From IMG/VR virus record IMGVR_UViG_3300007775_000001, positions 1 to 64,000 of that record: 64,000 nt of DNA; one strand, given 5' to 3'. Within the stretch, counting starts at the first letter, position 1; the number at the start of each line of letters is the position of its first letter. The translations under genes and the position numbers were made by a program. This DNA comes from a virus. Of this stretch, positions 19,895-29,354 are shown piece after piece. The notes under the pieces were generated by a model. That model saw only the letters and a program-made list of their open reading frames with translations, had not been told where the DNA came from and searched no databases.

Positions 19895-20794
19895 ATGACA
19901 GAATTCAACGATCTGACCATCGGTGATCATACCCTGGCCGCTCGTGTGCCTGTGGTGGATTCGGAAGATGCCTTTGTTCCTGCCGTGAACAAGGCGTACT
20001 GTTGGCCCGACACGATCAGTGATATCACTCAGGACATCAACGAGAACAAGAAGGTGCTCCTGACGGGTCACACGGGAACCGGCAAGACCAGCCTCTTCAT
20101 GCAGTTGGCCGCTCGCATCGGGCAACCGGTGATGCGCTCCAACATGAACGGACAAATCACGGTCGGTGATTTTGTCGGTATGTGGACAGTTCAAGGTGGG
20201 CAGACGGTGTGGACGGACGGTGTCCTTCCCTACTGTATGCGTCACGGGTTCTGGCTCGTGCTGGATGAACTGGACTTCGCGGAACCTGCGATTCTGGCTG
20301 TGCTCAACAGCGTTCTGGAACCAAAGGGTTCCCTGATGTTGAAAGAGAAGGGTCATGAGGTTGTGCGACCACACAAAGACTTCCGGCTCTTCGCTACTGC
20401 GAACACGGTGGGCTGTATGCAGGAATACCGGTCGCTGTACCAGGGAACAGGAATCATCAACGAGGCGTTCCTGGATCGGTGGCGTGTGTATATGATCAAT
20501 TATCTGAAGCCGGAAGATGAGGCCAAGGTTATCGCGGAGTCGGTGCCTCGCATGCGTGAGAACATCACTCAGGTCATGGTGCGCGTCATGTCGCTCGTGC
20601 GCGAAGCTTTCAAGAAGGATGAAGTCCGCTGCACGTTCAGCACGCGACGTGGGCTGGATTGGGCGGAACTGATGGTACGTCACCGTCATCCACTGAAGGC
20701 CGCCGAATCGAGTATCTTCAGCAAGGTTTCCCCGGAAGATGCCGAAACGATCAAGGGGATCATCAAGCGGGTCATGAACCTGCGGGATGAGTAG
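19895..20794 (+). CDS. MoxR/CobS-like AAA+ ATPase
   Basis: GHTGTGKT, LVLDELD, FRLFATANT, EAFLDRW, FSTRR. Confidence 0.9.
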   Translation: MTEFNDLTIGDHTLAARVPVVDSEDAFVPAVNKAYCWPDTISDITQDINENKKVLLTGHTGTGKTSLFMQLAARIGQPVMRSNMNGQITVGDFVGMWTVQGGQTVWTDGVLPYCMRHGFWLVLDELDFAEPAILAVLNSVLEPKGSLMLKEKGHEVVRPHKDFRLFATANTVGCMQEYRSLYQGTGIINEAFLDRWRVYMINYLKPEDEAKVIAESVPRMRENITQVMVRVMSLVREAFKKDEVRCTFSTRRGLDWAELMVRHRHPLKAAESSIFSKVSPEDAETIKGIIKRVMNLRDE

Positions 20795-21161
20795 GGACAT
20801 GGAGAGGGTCATCCAGCCGGTTGATTTCAACAGGGTGAACAGGGTTGATTACCGTTGTTCATTCGACTGGCCGGATGACTTCTACCTTCAGTGTCATCGT
20901 AATCTGAGCTTTGATAATCAGTTGAAGAACGTGTTTGAGGTTTTCACGTCTGAGGGCGAGTTCATCAGAGCTTTCGCCACAAGTCTACAAGAAGCAGAGC
21001 GAGCAGCCTGGGATTACTACAACGAGATGGTGAAGGACTGTCCGCATCCGATGTTTGAGAAGGTGGAGGACAATACTGACGGGGCCGGGAATTGCAAGAT
21101 GTGTGGAGTCTTCAAGTCCGGAGTCTTCAGGCCGCAACAGACCCCGTCCTACAACGCTTGA
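20787..21161 (+). CDS. Hypothetical protein with Cys/His cluster
   Basis: 124 aa; CPH...CKMC. Confidence 0.55.
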   Translation: MSRDMERVIQPVDFNRVNRVDYRCSFDWPDDFYLQCHRNLSFDNQLKNVFEVFTSEGEFIRAFATSLQEAERAAWDYYNEMVKDCPHPMFEKVEDNTDGAGNCKMCGVFKSGVFRPQQTPSYNA

Positions 21162-21167
21162 GGGATC

Positions 21168-21410
21168 ATGGCCGAAGATATGGACACCGTTCTTGGGATG
21201 GCATTCGGGCAGAAAAAGCCCGCTAAACCGGAACGCAAGGGGTTCACGCGGCGGCTGGATGCACCTGATCGTGATCTGTCGTGGGCGCACCAAGTCGAGC
21301 TAGTTCAGGACGAGGAAAAGCTTGACACCAATGCCAAGAAGGCAGAATTCGACCGGCAGATCGATGAGGCCACTGCACCTGATTTCATGAGTGACCTACA
21401 AGACATTTGA
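21168..21410 (+). CDS. Hypothetical protein
   Basis: 80 aa; ends DFMSDLQDI. Confidence 0.55.
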   Translation: MAEDMDTVLGMAFGQKKPAKPERKGFTRRLDAPDRDLSWAHQVELVQDEEKLDTNAKKAEFDRQIDEATAPDFMSDLQDI

Positions 21411-21435
21411 CATTCGAGGGAGACTGTAGTACAGT
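21407..21435 (+). promoter_or_regulatory. Sigma70-type early promoter
   Basis: TTGACA-17 bp-TACAGT with TGTAG. Confidence 0.8.
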
Positions 21436-21471
21436 AGTACCGTAGTGAGGAACCTGAACGGAGAGATTGAC

Positions 21472-23325
21472 ATGAGCGGTTTTCATTTCCTCAGTGCGAT
21501 GCAGCGCATCGGTCGGACGATTGCCCGCCAATACGGGATCAACGTGATCTACGAGGGCAACAGTCCCGGCACCGATGGCAAGACCATCGTGCTTCCCGAT
21601 GTCCAAAACCTGACCGATGAACTTCGGCATGATCTTGATGGGTATCTTGATCATGAGGTCGGACATTGCCGACACACTGATTTCAACGTTCTGCGGAGCG
21701 TTGACAATCGGTTCCAATCGGAACTGCTGAGTGCGCTGGAAGGCGTGCGGGTGGATCGTGAGATGATTCGCGATTACCCTGGCAGTCAGTTCCACATCAA
21801 CGATTTGAACGACAAGCTTCGCGCCAAAGCTGCTGAGAAGTGGGTTGGCACTCCCACTGCGATTCGGCTTCTGCATGGTGTTCGTGACGGGATGCGTGGT
21901 CAACCCATTGTGAGTGACCACGACACAGCCCGTTATCTCGATGCCTTGGGTGATGAGATCAGCAAGCTCAACACCTACACTTCCACTGGTCAAATGCGAG
22001 ACGCTACCGCTCGCATCATGAAGATCATCCTGGAAGAACGAGAGCGCGAGCAAGAAGAGCAGCAACAGCAGCAACAGCAGCAACAGCAAGCCGGTGGTGC
22101 TGGTGGTGGTGATTCTCAATCCAAGGGTGGTGGTCAGAAGCAAGAAGATGGCGACCAGGATCAAGAAGATGGCGACCAGGATGAAGACCAAGATCGGAAG
22201 GGTGACGGTGATGGTGGTGGGGACAGCGAAGACCATGACCAGGAGGGTGAAGGGGACGGTGACCAGGATCAGCAAGCCGGTGGTGGTGCTGATGAGAAAT
22301 TCGATGACATGATCACTGAAAACAGCGGTGCCGACAATTCCGAATTCGACAACCATGCGACCAACCTTCAGCAATTGATGAACGGTAACATGGCTCCCGA
22401 AATTGAGGGTGAACCGGAAATACAAGGTGGTCGGCCCTGGCATGACGGTTTCAGTGATGCCAAGCACATTCCCCTGACTACCCGGTTCGATCAGATTCAT
22501 GACGTGTCGGGTGGTGGTGATCCTGTCCGGTACAACGTTCTCCGGAACAAGGTCAAGGGGATCATGAGTCCGATTCGCCGCGAGATGGAACGTGTTCTGA
22601 AGGTGAAAGAGAACGCGCGGTGGCGGATGGATCGTGAGCGTGGTCACATCAACAACCGGTCGTTGTCTCAATTGGTTGCGAGCCCTGGCTTCCGGACTCC
22701 CTTCAAGGAATTCCAGAAGACTGAGACAACCAACGTGGCGATTCAACTGCTCGTTGACCTGTCGGGTTCCATGGCTGGCTCTAAACTTCAGACGGCGAAA
22801 GAGGCTGCGACAGCCATGGCCGAAGTTCTTCGCTCCCTGGATATCCCGTTCGAGGTGACCGGGTTCCATAGCGAGGGTGACTACGACATGCAAAAGGTGG
22901 CGCGCGAAGTTGGCGATATCAGTCGCTTCAATCGGACTCATGAACGGCTCGATCATTGGGTATACAAGTCGTTCGGGGATTCGCGGATGGATGGTATCAC
23001 GCGGATGGAGTCCGGTGGCAACAACACCGATGGTGAGTCGGTGCGATGGGCAGCGGCCCGTCTGGCAGAGCAGAAACAGAAACGGAAGATCATGATTGTC
23101 TTCAGTGACGGTATGCCTGCCTGCCATGGCAACATGAGCATGCTCAACGGTGACTTGGTGCGCGCGGTCAAAGAGATCGACCGCTCCGGGATTGAAGTGG
23201 TTGGAGTGGGTATCGAGCACAATGGAGTGAGTCGGTTCTACCCTAACAACATTGCGATCAACAACGTGGAAGACCTGACCGGTGGTGTGCTGCGGAAACT
23301 CTCTTCGATGTTGACAGAGGCATAG
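21472..23325 (+). CDS. CobT-like protein: HExxH domain, acidic Q/D/G linker, C-terminal VWA
   Basis: DHEVGH; poly-Q/acidic linker; MIDAS DLSGSM; IVFSDGMP. Confidence 0.88.
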   Translation: MSGFHFLSAMQRIGRTIARQYGINVIYEGNSPGTDGKTIVLPDVQNLTDELRHDLDGYLDHEVGHCRHTDFNVLRSVDNRFQSELLSALEGVRVDREMIRDYPGSQFHINDLNDKLRAKAAEKWVGTPTAIRLLHGVRDGMRGQPIVSDHDTARYLDALGDEISKLNTYTSTGQMRDATARIMKIILEEREREQEEQQQQQQQQQQAGGAGGGDSQSKGGGQKQEDGDQDQEDGDQDEDQDRKGDGDGGGDSEDHDQEGEGDGDQDQQAGGGADEKFDDMITENSGADNSEFDNHATNLQQLMNGNMAPEIEGEPEIQGGRPWHDGFSDAKHIPLTTRFDQIHDVSGGGDPVRYNVLRNKVKGIMSPIRREMERVLKVKENARWRMDRERGHINNRSLSQLVASPGFRTPFKEFQKTETTNVAIQLLVDLSGSMAGSKLQTAKEAATAMAEVLRSLDIPFEVTGFHSEGDYDMQKVAREVGDISRFNRTHERLDHWVYKSFGDSRMDGITRMESGGNNTDGESVRWAAARLAEQKQKRKIMIVFSDGMPACHGNMSMLNGDLVRAVKEIDRSGIEVVGVGIEHNGVSRFYPNNIAINNVEDLTGGVLRKLSSMLTEA

Positions 23326-23326
23326 C

Positions 23327-23611
23327 ATGCTGAATGCGCGGCGGCTTCTGGAGTATTGCGAGGAGCATGACATCTATGTTCCGAAGGGTGCGACTCGCGC
23401 CTATCTGGAAGCCGCTGTTGCCAGACATGCATTGCATGGTAAGAAAAGCGATCAAAAGGGCTGCTTTGGGTTCTGGCAGCGCGAGTTGATGGATTGTATG
23501 ACTTGTGACTACGAGTCCCCGTGCTTTGAGGTTTCGATGGGTACAGAGCGCGACAAATACATGAGGGGAGTCGATAGTCAGGAGAACCCCAAGATTCGAT
23601 TCGCGAAGTAG
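23327..23611 (+). CDS. Hypothetical Cys-rich protein
   Basis: 94 aa; CFG...CMTC...C. Confidence 0.55.
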   Translation: MLNARRLLEYCEEHDIYVPKGATRAYLEAAVARHALHGKKSDQKGCFGFWQRELMDCMTCDYESPCFEVSMGTERDKYMRGVDSQENPKIRFAK

Positions 23612-23684
23612 AGGCCGCGCCCAATGTCCGGTACTGTTCTCTCTCCGTTCAGGTTGCCGGACAAAGGGTGCGGTTTCTCATTTT
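23611..23684 (+). ncRNA. 3'-UTR hairpin with loop antisense to early-gene leaders (candidate sRNA/terminator)
   Basis: Stems GAGGCCGCGCCC/GGGTGCGGTTTC and TGTCCGGTA/TGCCGGACA; apex TCTCTCCGTTCAGGTT is the reverse complement of AACCTGAACGGAGAGA. Confidence 0.5.
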
Positions 23685-23799
23685 GAGATGTGAAAATGAC
23701 AGTCAAGATTTCATTGACGCAAGGCAAGGTCGCCAAAGAGTATCATGGTGACCTTGCAAGAGTAAGATAGGTATTGACACTCTCTGTAAGGTGTGAGAC

Positions 23800-24130
23800 G
23801 ATGTCACTCCCTCAAGGCCGGTAAGCTTTGAGAACAGCCAACCAAGAGCCCGTCTGTAACCTCTAATGAAGAGGGTGGTGACGGGGGGTATGCGGTGCAA
23901 TTCCGTATGGTCACATGGTTGACCTGAGAGCGGCTGGAGCGCAGTCCCTAGCTCGAATAGCTCAGACAGGGGTGCCGTTAGGGAACGGCAACGTGGGGTT
24001 GACAGCCCGTAGTCGCGGAACCCATCCGTCCAGACTAGACTGATAAACTGGAAGAGAAAAACCAGTCCCTATGGTCTGCGTCGGTGAAGCTCAGGTGAGC
24101 CCATGCCCGTTGGGGGTAGGGGGGAACTGT
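23800..24130 (+). ncRNA. Candidate structured non-coding RNA, family unknown
   Basis: No credible ORF; nested helices and a T-loop-like GGTGCAATTCC hairpin. Confidence 0.4.
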
Positions 24131-24146
24131 TTTCCAGAGCTTCCTG

Positions 24147-24410
24147 ATGGAAGACTTAACTACTAAACAACTGTTACTAGAGGTATGCTTAGAAATGAAC
24201 ACTCAGAAAGTAAATGACGAGAAGGAAGAGGGAGTGGATGGAAATGGATGGAGTCCAACACTGGAGCTTCGGTTTTTGAAGAAGAAGGTGAAGCTTGTTG
24301 AAGGTGGTGATGCGTTCGACAGGTTTATTCTCCAGCAGAAGTGGATCGACATGAACAACATCTCGAAGAAAGAATGGCGTGATGTTCCCTCTGTCAAAGA
24401 AGGGTCATGA
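24147..24410 (+). CDS. Hypothetical protein
   Basis: ORF with ILQQKW..EWRDVP motif; start uncertain. Confidence 0.5.
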   Translation: MEDLTTKQLLLEVCLEMNTQKVNDEKEEGVDGNGWSPTLELRFLKKKVKLVEGGDAFDRFILQQKWIDMNNISKKEWRDVPSVKEGS

Positions 24411-24979
24411 AAACCTGTGCCGCTGGAAGGGATTTGATCAGCATGGGAGACGGTGAGAGCTATCTCCATGCTGACGATGGATCGAGTTGCACGCATGGCT
24501 CCGTGCGAAGTGTCCAGATAGGGAATGAGGCTCTTCATGTGTCTGGGTATGATCCTGAACAGGGGAAAGTGATAGACCCAACACTTGAGAAGGCTCCAGA
24601 GTCTACCTATCGTGGTGAGTCGTACTCGTTGTTCGATGCAGCCTACCTACCTCTCGTTGCAGAGGAAGCAGCCGAAGTCATCCAGGCCATTACCAAGGCG
24701 ATGCGCTTCGGGCCAGATCACAGATATAGAAAGGGTTCACATGCAGGTCGCACCAATGTCGAGGCGATAGCCTACGAGGTGGGTGATCTGCTCGCTGTCA
24801 TCGATGAGCTTGGTCTTCCGGCAGACTTGATCATTGCGGGTCGGACGAGGAAGATCGAGCGTCTGAGAACCTATGGCCCGCATGTGTGGGAAGAAGGGAT
24901 GTGGGCCAAGGAAGACATGGTGGACAATGAAGGGTCTGATCCTGTTGGCAAAACGAGTGTTCAGACTGAAGAAGCCTGA
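24407..24979 (+). CDS. MazG-like nucleotide pyrophosphohydrolase domain protein
   Basis: AEEAAEVIQAITKAMRFG ... EVGDLL (EExxE/ExxD). Confidence 0.7.
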   Translation: MKTCAAGRDLISMGDGESYLHADDGSSCTHGSVRSVQIGNEALHVSGYDPEQGKVIDPTLEKAPESTYRGESYSLFDAAYLPLVAEEAAEVIQAITKAMRFGPDHRYRKGSHAGRTNVEAIAYEVGDLLAVIDELGLPADLIIAGRTRKIERLRTYGPHVWEEGMWAKEDMVDNEGSDPVGKTSVQTEEA

Positions 24980-25151
24980 GTCCAAGAAGCTGTGCTCTCA
25001 GTCCGAAACAGTAGTCGTTTCCCCTGAGATCACACCGGGCCAATGGTGCCTCAAGCATCAAAGAGGCCAGCCGCATTACACTGATGGAACCTTGCCCAAG
25101 GGAGCTTGACATGATCACAGAAGAGAAGATCGATCAGAAGGTCAACCCGAA

Positions 25152-25712
25152 GTGCCCACATCATGGATTGGAGGAGTATCGGTGGTGATTGAGCGAACAG
25201 GCTCATGTGCGTACTGCAATGAGCGAGCACCCTGGCCGGTGGGTCAGGAGTTGCCCGCTCATCCTGAGTGCGAGAAGAAGGAACGAGAGGCCATGGATAA
25301 CAGTGAGGTCAATTGTGGTGGGATCGTACCTTCCGTGGTCATGAAGGAGACAGTGCGCCAGCGCGTAAAGAAGACGGTCTTCCTAAATCCAACCCTGATC
25401 GAGCAACAGCAAATCACGCCAGAAGGCGTGGAGAAGATCATGACCTTGCACATACGCAAGCTCATGATCATAGACGCCATGGAGGCGTGCAGCCCTATGA
25501 CCGATGGGGCGAAGTTGCGCGAGTTGGCGGATCAGGTGACAAAGATCGAGTTCGAGCTTCAAGAAGCATGGCGGTTCCCTCGCAACATCGACTACCACAA
25601 GTTCTGGGAATTGCCCCATTGCTCGTGTCCGAAGATGGACAACAACGACAATTGGGGGACGCCATATCACGTCTATTCTGAGAAGTGTATTTTGCATGCC
25701 GATGAGGGATGA
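25152..25712 (+). CDS. Hypothetical phage protein
   Basis: EFELQEAWRF...CSCPKMDN..CILH; start uncertain. Confidence 0.55.
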   Translation: MPTSWIGGVSVVIERTGSCAYCNERAPWPVGQELPAHPECEKKEREAMDNSEVNCGGIVPSVVMKETVRQRVKKTVFLNPTLIEQQQITPEGVEKIMTLHIRKLMIIDAMEACSPMTDGAKLRELADQVTKIEFELQEAWRFPRNIDYHKFWELPHCSCPKMDNNDNWGTPYHVYSEKCILHADEG

Positions 25713-26031
25713 ATACCGGGTGACCGGCGCGGATTCGAGATGCGTGGGATGCGTGTATGCAGAGTCGATGTTCTGCAACCATCCTGAAGAGGTGAACAGC
25801 AGACCGATGGCGATCTTCCAGTTCGAGGCAAGAGGGGAAGATGATCCATGTGGGCCAGACGGTTTGCTCTACGAGAAGAGCTTTGTGTCTGAGCTAGGGG
25901 AGACATTGGATGCCTAAAAAAGAGAAACCAATTCGGGACATTCTAGAGAAAGAAATGCGCCAATGGGAAGTGCATACCGCAAATTCAAGAGGGTTTGACG
26001 ACTGTCGTTAGTAATCCGAAAAGGGGTTGCT

Positions 26032-26047
26032 GTTTCTACGTAGAAAC
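26032..26047. repeat. Dispersed palindrome copy 3
   Basis: GTTTCTACGTAGAAAC upstream of the 26078 module. Confidence 0.95.
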
Positions 26048-26077
26048 TGACTGTGTGCCTCATCATGGAGAACAGAA

Positions 26078-26509
26078 ATGTCTAAGGGCAACACGTTTGA
26101 AAACGATCTGCTACAGTTGATTTTCAACGCTGTAGCGATTGCCAACATCGCGGACGATGCGGGCACCGGCCCGCTGACCGACCTGTATGTGTCGCTGCAT
26201 ACATCCGATCCTGGTGAGGCTGGAGACCAGAGTACCAATGAGATTGCTTACACGGGTTACGCTCGTGTGGCAGTCGCTAGGACTTCGGGTGGATGGACTG
26301 TGTCTGCGAACAGTGTGTCTCCAGCGGCAAATATTGATTTCGGTGAGATGACAGGTGGCGCGGGTGGTACAGTCACTCACTTTGCTATTGGTACTCTTAC
26401 CTCTGGCGCGGGTAAGCTCCTGTACAGCGGCACTGTGTCTCCCAATATTGTTGTGTCAACGGGTGTGACTCCTCGCCTTACCACGGCTAGTGCAATTACA
26501 GAAGATTGA
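26078..26509 (+). CDS. Virion structural protein (tail/appendage associated)
   Basis: ENDLLQLIFN, LYVSLHTSDPGEAG, YTGYARVAV, TVTHFAIG pattern common in phage structural genes. Confidence 0.7.
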   Translation: MSKGNTFENDLLQLIFNAVAIANIADDAGTGPLTDLYVSLHTSDPGEAGDQSTNEIAYTGYARVAVARTSGGWTVSANSVSPAANIDFGEMTGGAGGTVTHFAIGTLTSGAGKLLYSGTVSPNIVVSTGVTPRLTTASAITED

Positions 26510-26510
26510 T

Positions 26511-26921
26511 ATGTTCCCACGATTTGAAATCCGCTATGCGGATGGGACAGTGGTTCGTGGAGGAGGGTCGGAAGACACAGAGATGGTGACGTTGACATTT
26601 CCTCGCTCGTGGATTGAGGCTCCGGGTGACGGGGTTGTCACTGTCTTTGTAGAGAATGCAACCGCTGGAAGAATTGCCTTACATCCGCACGAGAGGTACT
26701 ACTGTATCCCTCCTGAATGTGAAGGTGGCCCAGACTTTGGATTCACAGAGCCGGAAGCTGGTCTTGGGCCATACGTGAGAGGTCAACTCAAGATCGTCAA
26801 AGAAGGGTTGTGGGTTAACGACGAGAAGTATCGTCGGATTGTAGCAGAGGCGAAATCCAGTGATTTTGCCAATCTTCAAACATCTGGTCATCCACGTCAT
26901 AATTTCAAGGCAAGAGACTGA
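26511..26921 (+). CDS. Hypothetical protein
   Basis: Coupled between two structural-type genes. Confidence 0.55.
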   Translation: MFPRFEIRYADGTVVRGGGSEDTEMVTLTFPRSWIEAPGDGVVTVFVENATAGRIALHPHERYYCIPPECEGGPDFGFTEPEAGLGPYVRGQLKIVKEGLWVNDEKYRRIVAEAKSSDFANLQTSGHPRHNFKARD

Positions 26922-28732
26922 TGTCTGGAAAGCGTGTTTATACCAATATTATTTGGGATCATGAGGGCAACCTTGTTGATTCCAAGTGGTATGAATACGA
27001 GGGTGTGTGGTCTCTGGCGCATAATACTTTTGCTGGAGATCAGGTTCGATTCCGGTTCCGGAATGATGATGGAAGTGAGTCGGCTGCTTCGTGGCGTCAA
27101 GCTCTCAATGCGTCTGACACACAAGATGTAGACACAGTCTATCGTGTTCGCTTCGAGCTAGAAGACGATGGAGCGGGAGCTTCTTCGAATCATACTGTTC
27201 AGTTCGAGTACAATTTGAACGGTGCTGGATGGAACGCTGTTGGTAGTGCATCCAGCGTGGTTCGGTCTGCCGCATCTCAGTTGGTTGACGGATCAGATAC
27301 CACCCAACAGTTGAGTGCTGGATCAAATTTTCTTACCACAAATGCCGGGCAGGACGATGTTGATGGTCAAGCAGGTGGCTCGAATCTTGATTTCGCTGAC
27401 GGTGTCAATGACCGTGCTGAATTGGAGTTTTCTTACACTATTGTCTCTGGTGATGTTGTCAATCTAGATGACATCCAGCTTAGAATCACAGACGGTGGGA
27501 CTCCGTACACCACGTATACTAGTGGTACTGCCGGGATTACCGTCAGTGAAGCGAATATCCAGTCTGGCGTAGGATCGTCTGACGGACTTGGCACCGCTAC
27601 TGCCGATAGTGATGCTTTCTTTGCAGGAGCGGGGTCTTCTAGTGGTACAGGGGTAGCGTCCGGTTCTGGTACAAGAATTGTAGGAGGGATAGGATCGTCT
27701 AGTGGGACATCCACGACAAGCGCGGAAGGTGCTGAGGCTGGCTCTGTTGTAGAAGGAGCGGGGTCTTCTGATGGGTTGAGTGCCGCTACTGCTGTTGGTA
27801 AATCCACTGCTTCAGGCGATGGATCGTCTGATGGGATTAGCACTGCTACCGCCGATAGTGATGCAATTTCAAGTGGTGATGGGTCTTCTGATGGGTTGAG
27901 TGCCGCTACTGCTGTTGGTAAATCCACTGCTTCAGGCGATGGATCGTCTGATGGTTTAGGAACTACATCGGGTGCTGGTGCTGGAATCAAGGGTGGAGAT
28001 GGCTCTGTATTCGCTTCTGCCAGCGTTTCTGGTGTGGGGGAAGCCCTGTCATCAGGTGATGGATTATCTGCTGGTATAGCGACTTCTAGTGCGTCTGGCG
28101 CGGCTGATTTTGCAGGCTCAGGATCGTCTAACGGTGTTGCGACCGCAAGTGGCGTGGGACGATCTGTGGCGGAAGCTGTTGCATCATCTAATGGTCAGGG
28201 TTTGGCTAGTGCTGAAGGTGTTGCTCTATCGGTAAGCGGCACTGGTTCATCGAACGGTGTGGCAACATCGAACGGTGTTGGTGCGTCTATTGCTGCTAGC
28301 GCCGGTCTAGTGAATGGTGTTTCATCGTCTTCAGGTGTTGGTGTAGCGTTGTTTAGTGGTTCGGGTGTTTCTTCTGGTATATCGACAGGACTCGCTGATG
28401 GTGCTAAGATTGCATCCTGTATTGCGTCAGCATTCGGTGTATCAATAGCTGTTTTTGAAGGTGATTCTTTTGCAATTCTTGTTGGAGCAGGGTCTTCCAG
28501 TGGATTAGTGTCTTGTGATGCTGTGGGCGCTTCTATTATTGGAGCCATGTTTCAATCTTCTGGTGTTGCAGTTGTTTTTGGGGTAAGCGACGTAACAGAA
28601 TTGGTCGTCGAAATAGGTGCGGAGATAGTTGTTGGGATTACTGTTTCTGGCGATATGTCTGAATCTAGTCTCATTAGTGGCGATATGTCTGCATCTAGTC
28701 TCATTAGTGGCGATATGGAGATCGGTAACTAG
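26921..28732 (+). CDS. Gly/Ser/Ala repeat-rich fibre or appendage protein
   Basis: Globular N-terminus then many GxGSSxG repeats, including an approximately 120-bp-period DNA duplication near 27760-27955. Confidence 0.6.
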   Translation: MSGKRVYTNIIWDHEGNLVDSKWYEYEGVWSLAHNTFAGDQVRFRFRNDDGSESAASWRQALNASDTQDVDTVYRVRFELEDDGAGASSNHTVQFEYNLNGAGWNAVGSASSVVRSAASQLVDGSDTTQQLSAGSNFLTTNAGQDDVDGQAGGSNLDFADGVNDRAELEFSYTIVSGDVVNLDDIQLRITDGGTPYTTYTSGTAGITVSEANIQSGVGSSDGLGTATADSDAFFAGAGSSSGTGVASGSGTRIVGGIGSSSGTSTTSAEGAEAGSVVEGAGSSDGLSAATAVGKSTASGDGSSDGISTATADSDAISSGDGSSDGLSAATAVGKSTASGDGSSDGLGTTSGAGAGIKGGDGSVFASASVSGVGEALSSGDGLSAGIATSSASGAADFAGSGSSNGVATASGVGRSVAEAVASSNGQGLASAEGVALSVSGTGSSNGVATSNGVGASIAASAGLVNGVSSSSGVGVALFSGSGVSSGISTGLADGAKIASCIASAFGVSIAVFEGDSFAILVGAGSSSGLVSCDAVGASIIGAMFQSSGVAVVFGVSDVTELVVEIGAEIVVGITVSGDMSESSLISGDMSASSLISGDMEIGN

Positions 28733-28751
28733 ATTTGCCGATATAATAACT

Positions 28752-29072
28752 ATGGACAAAATATATATTGGCAACGATCTTGTTGTTAGTGTCAGTAATC
28801 TCAAGAATATTATTACCGGTTCTCCGATAGCTGGAGCTACTGTTGAACTTAGAATGTTTGATCACTTGGATGTATTGGTAACTGGTTCTGTTGCTTGGCC
28901 GCTTGCTGTACCCGCTGTAGGTGGTTCTCCGGGTAGCTATTCAGCCACAATTGGGTACGATGAGATTAACCTTGTCAGACGATATATCTACAAGATTCAG
29001 ATAGATGTGGATGATGGTGCTGGGAATAATGCCAGATTTGTGAAGCGTGTTTTTTGTGACGAGCAAGCGTAA
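28752..29072 (+). CDS. Small beta-rich virion accessory protein
   Basis: IYIGNDLVV..PIAGATVEL..GSYSATI, Ig/BppU-like pattern. Confidence 0.45.
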   Translation: MDKIYIGNDLVVSVSNLKNIITGSPIAGATVELRMFDHLDVLVTGSVAWPLAVPAVGGSPGSYSATIGYDEINLVRRYIYKIQIDVDDGAGNNARFVKRVFCDEQA

Positions 29073-29101
29073 AAAGGAGATACAAGCGTAAAAAGGAGAT
29101 A
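29064..29101. repeat. 19-bp tandem duplication
   Basis: CAAGCGTAAAAAGGAGATA x2, spanning a stop codon and an RBS. Confidence 0.9.
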
Positions 29102-29102
29102 T

Positions 29103-29354
29103 ATGATCTCTGATAAGCGACCAGAGACATTGAAGGACTATCAGTACATCGTTGGCGAAGCTTACATGGTCGCCATGAGGGAATGGCTAAGCTTGCCTCG
29201 TGATGAACAGACGAGTGAAACACGAGGCAAGCTGTTCCAACCCGTCTTGGATTACATAAAGGAGCATACCCTGAGATGGCCGCTCAAAGCCGTGGACAAG
29301 TTGGGAAACGTCATAACAGATGTGGATGTCATGGAAGAGCTAAAGGCTCTGTAG
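29103..29354 (+). CDS. Hypothetical protein
   Basis: 83 aa, strong RBS; ends DVMEELKAL. Confidence 0.65.
   Translation: MISDKRPETLKDYQYIVGEAYMVAMREWLSLPRDEQTSETRGKLFQPVLDYIKEHTLRWPLKAVDKLGNVITDVDVMEELKAL

Noticed and set aside
22050-22300. CAG/CAA and GACCAGGAT repeats as a separate element
   Set aside because: They encode the low-complexity linker typical of CobT-like VWA proteins
21385-23373. 662-aa minus-strand ORF, and similar long antisense ORFs such as 44576..45823 and 17414..18562
   Set aside because: Shadows of well-supported plus-strand genes; no motifs or RBS
23238-23655. Antisense leader copy serving as RBS for minus-strand ORF 23238..23624
   Set aside because: The TTG start is about 18 nt from GGAG, the ORF overlaps real genes, and the hairpin's G-U pairs favour the + strand
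23889-23909. Cobalamin riboswitch or tmRNA suggested by GGTGCAATTCC
   Set aside because: No B12 box or other conserved elements, and no tmRNA acceptor ends recognised
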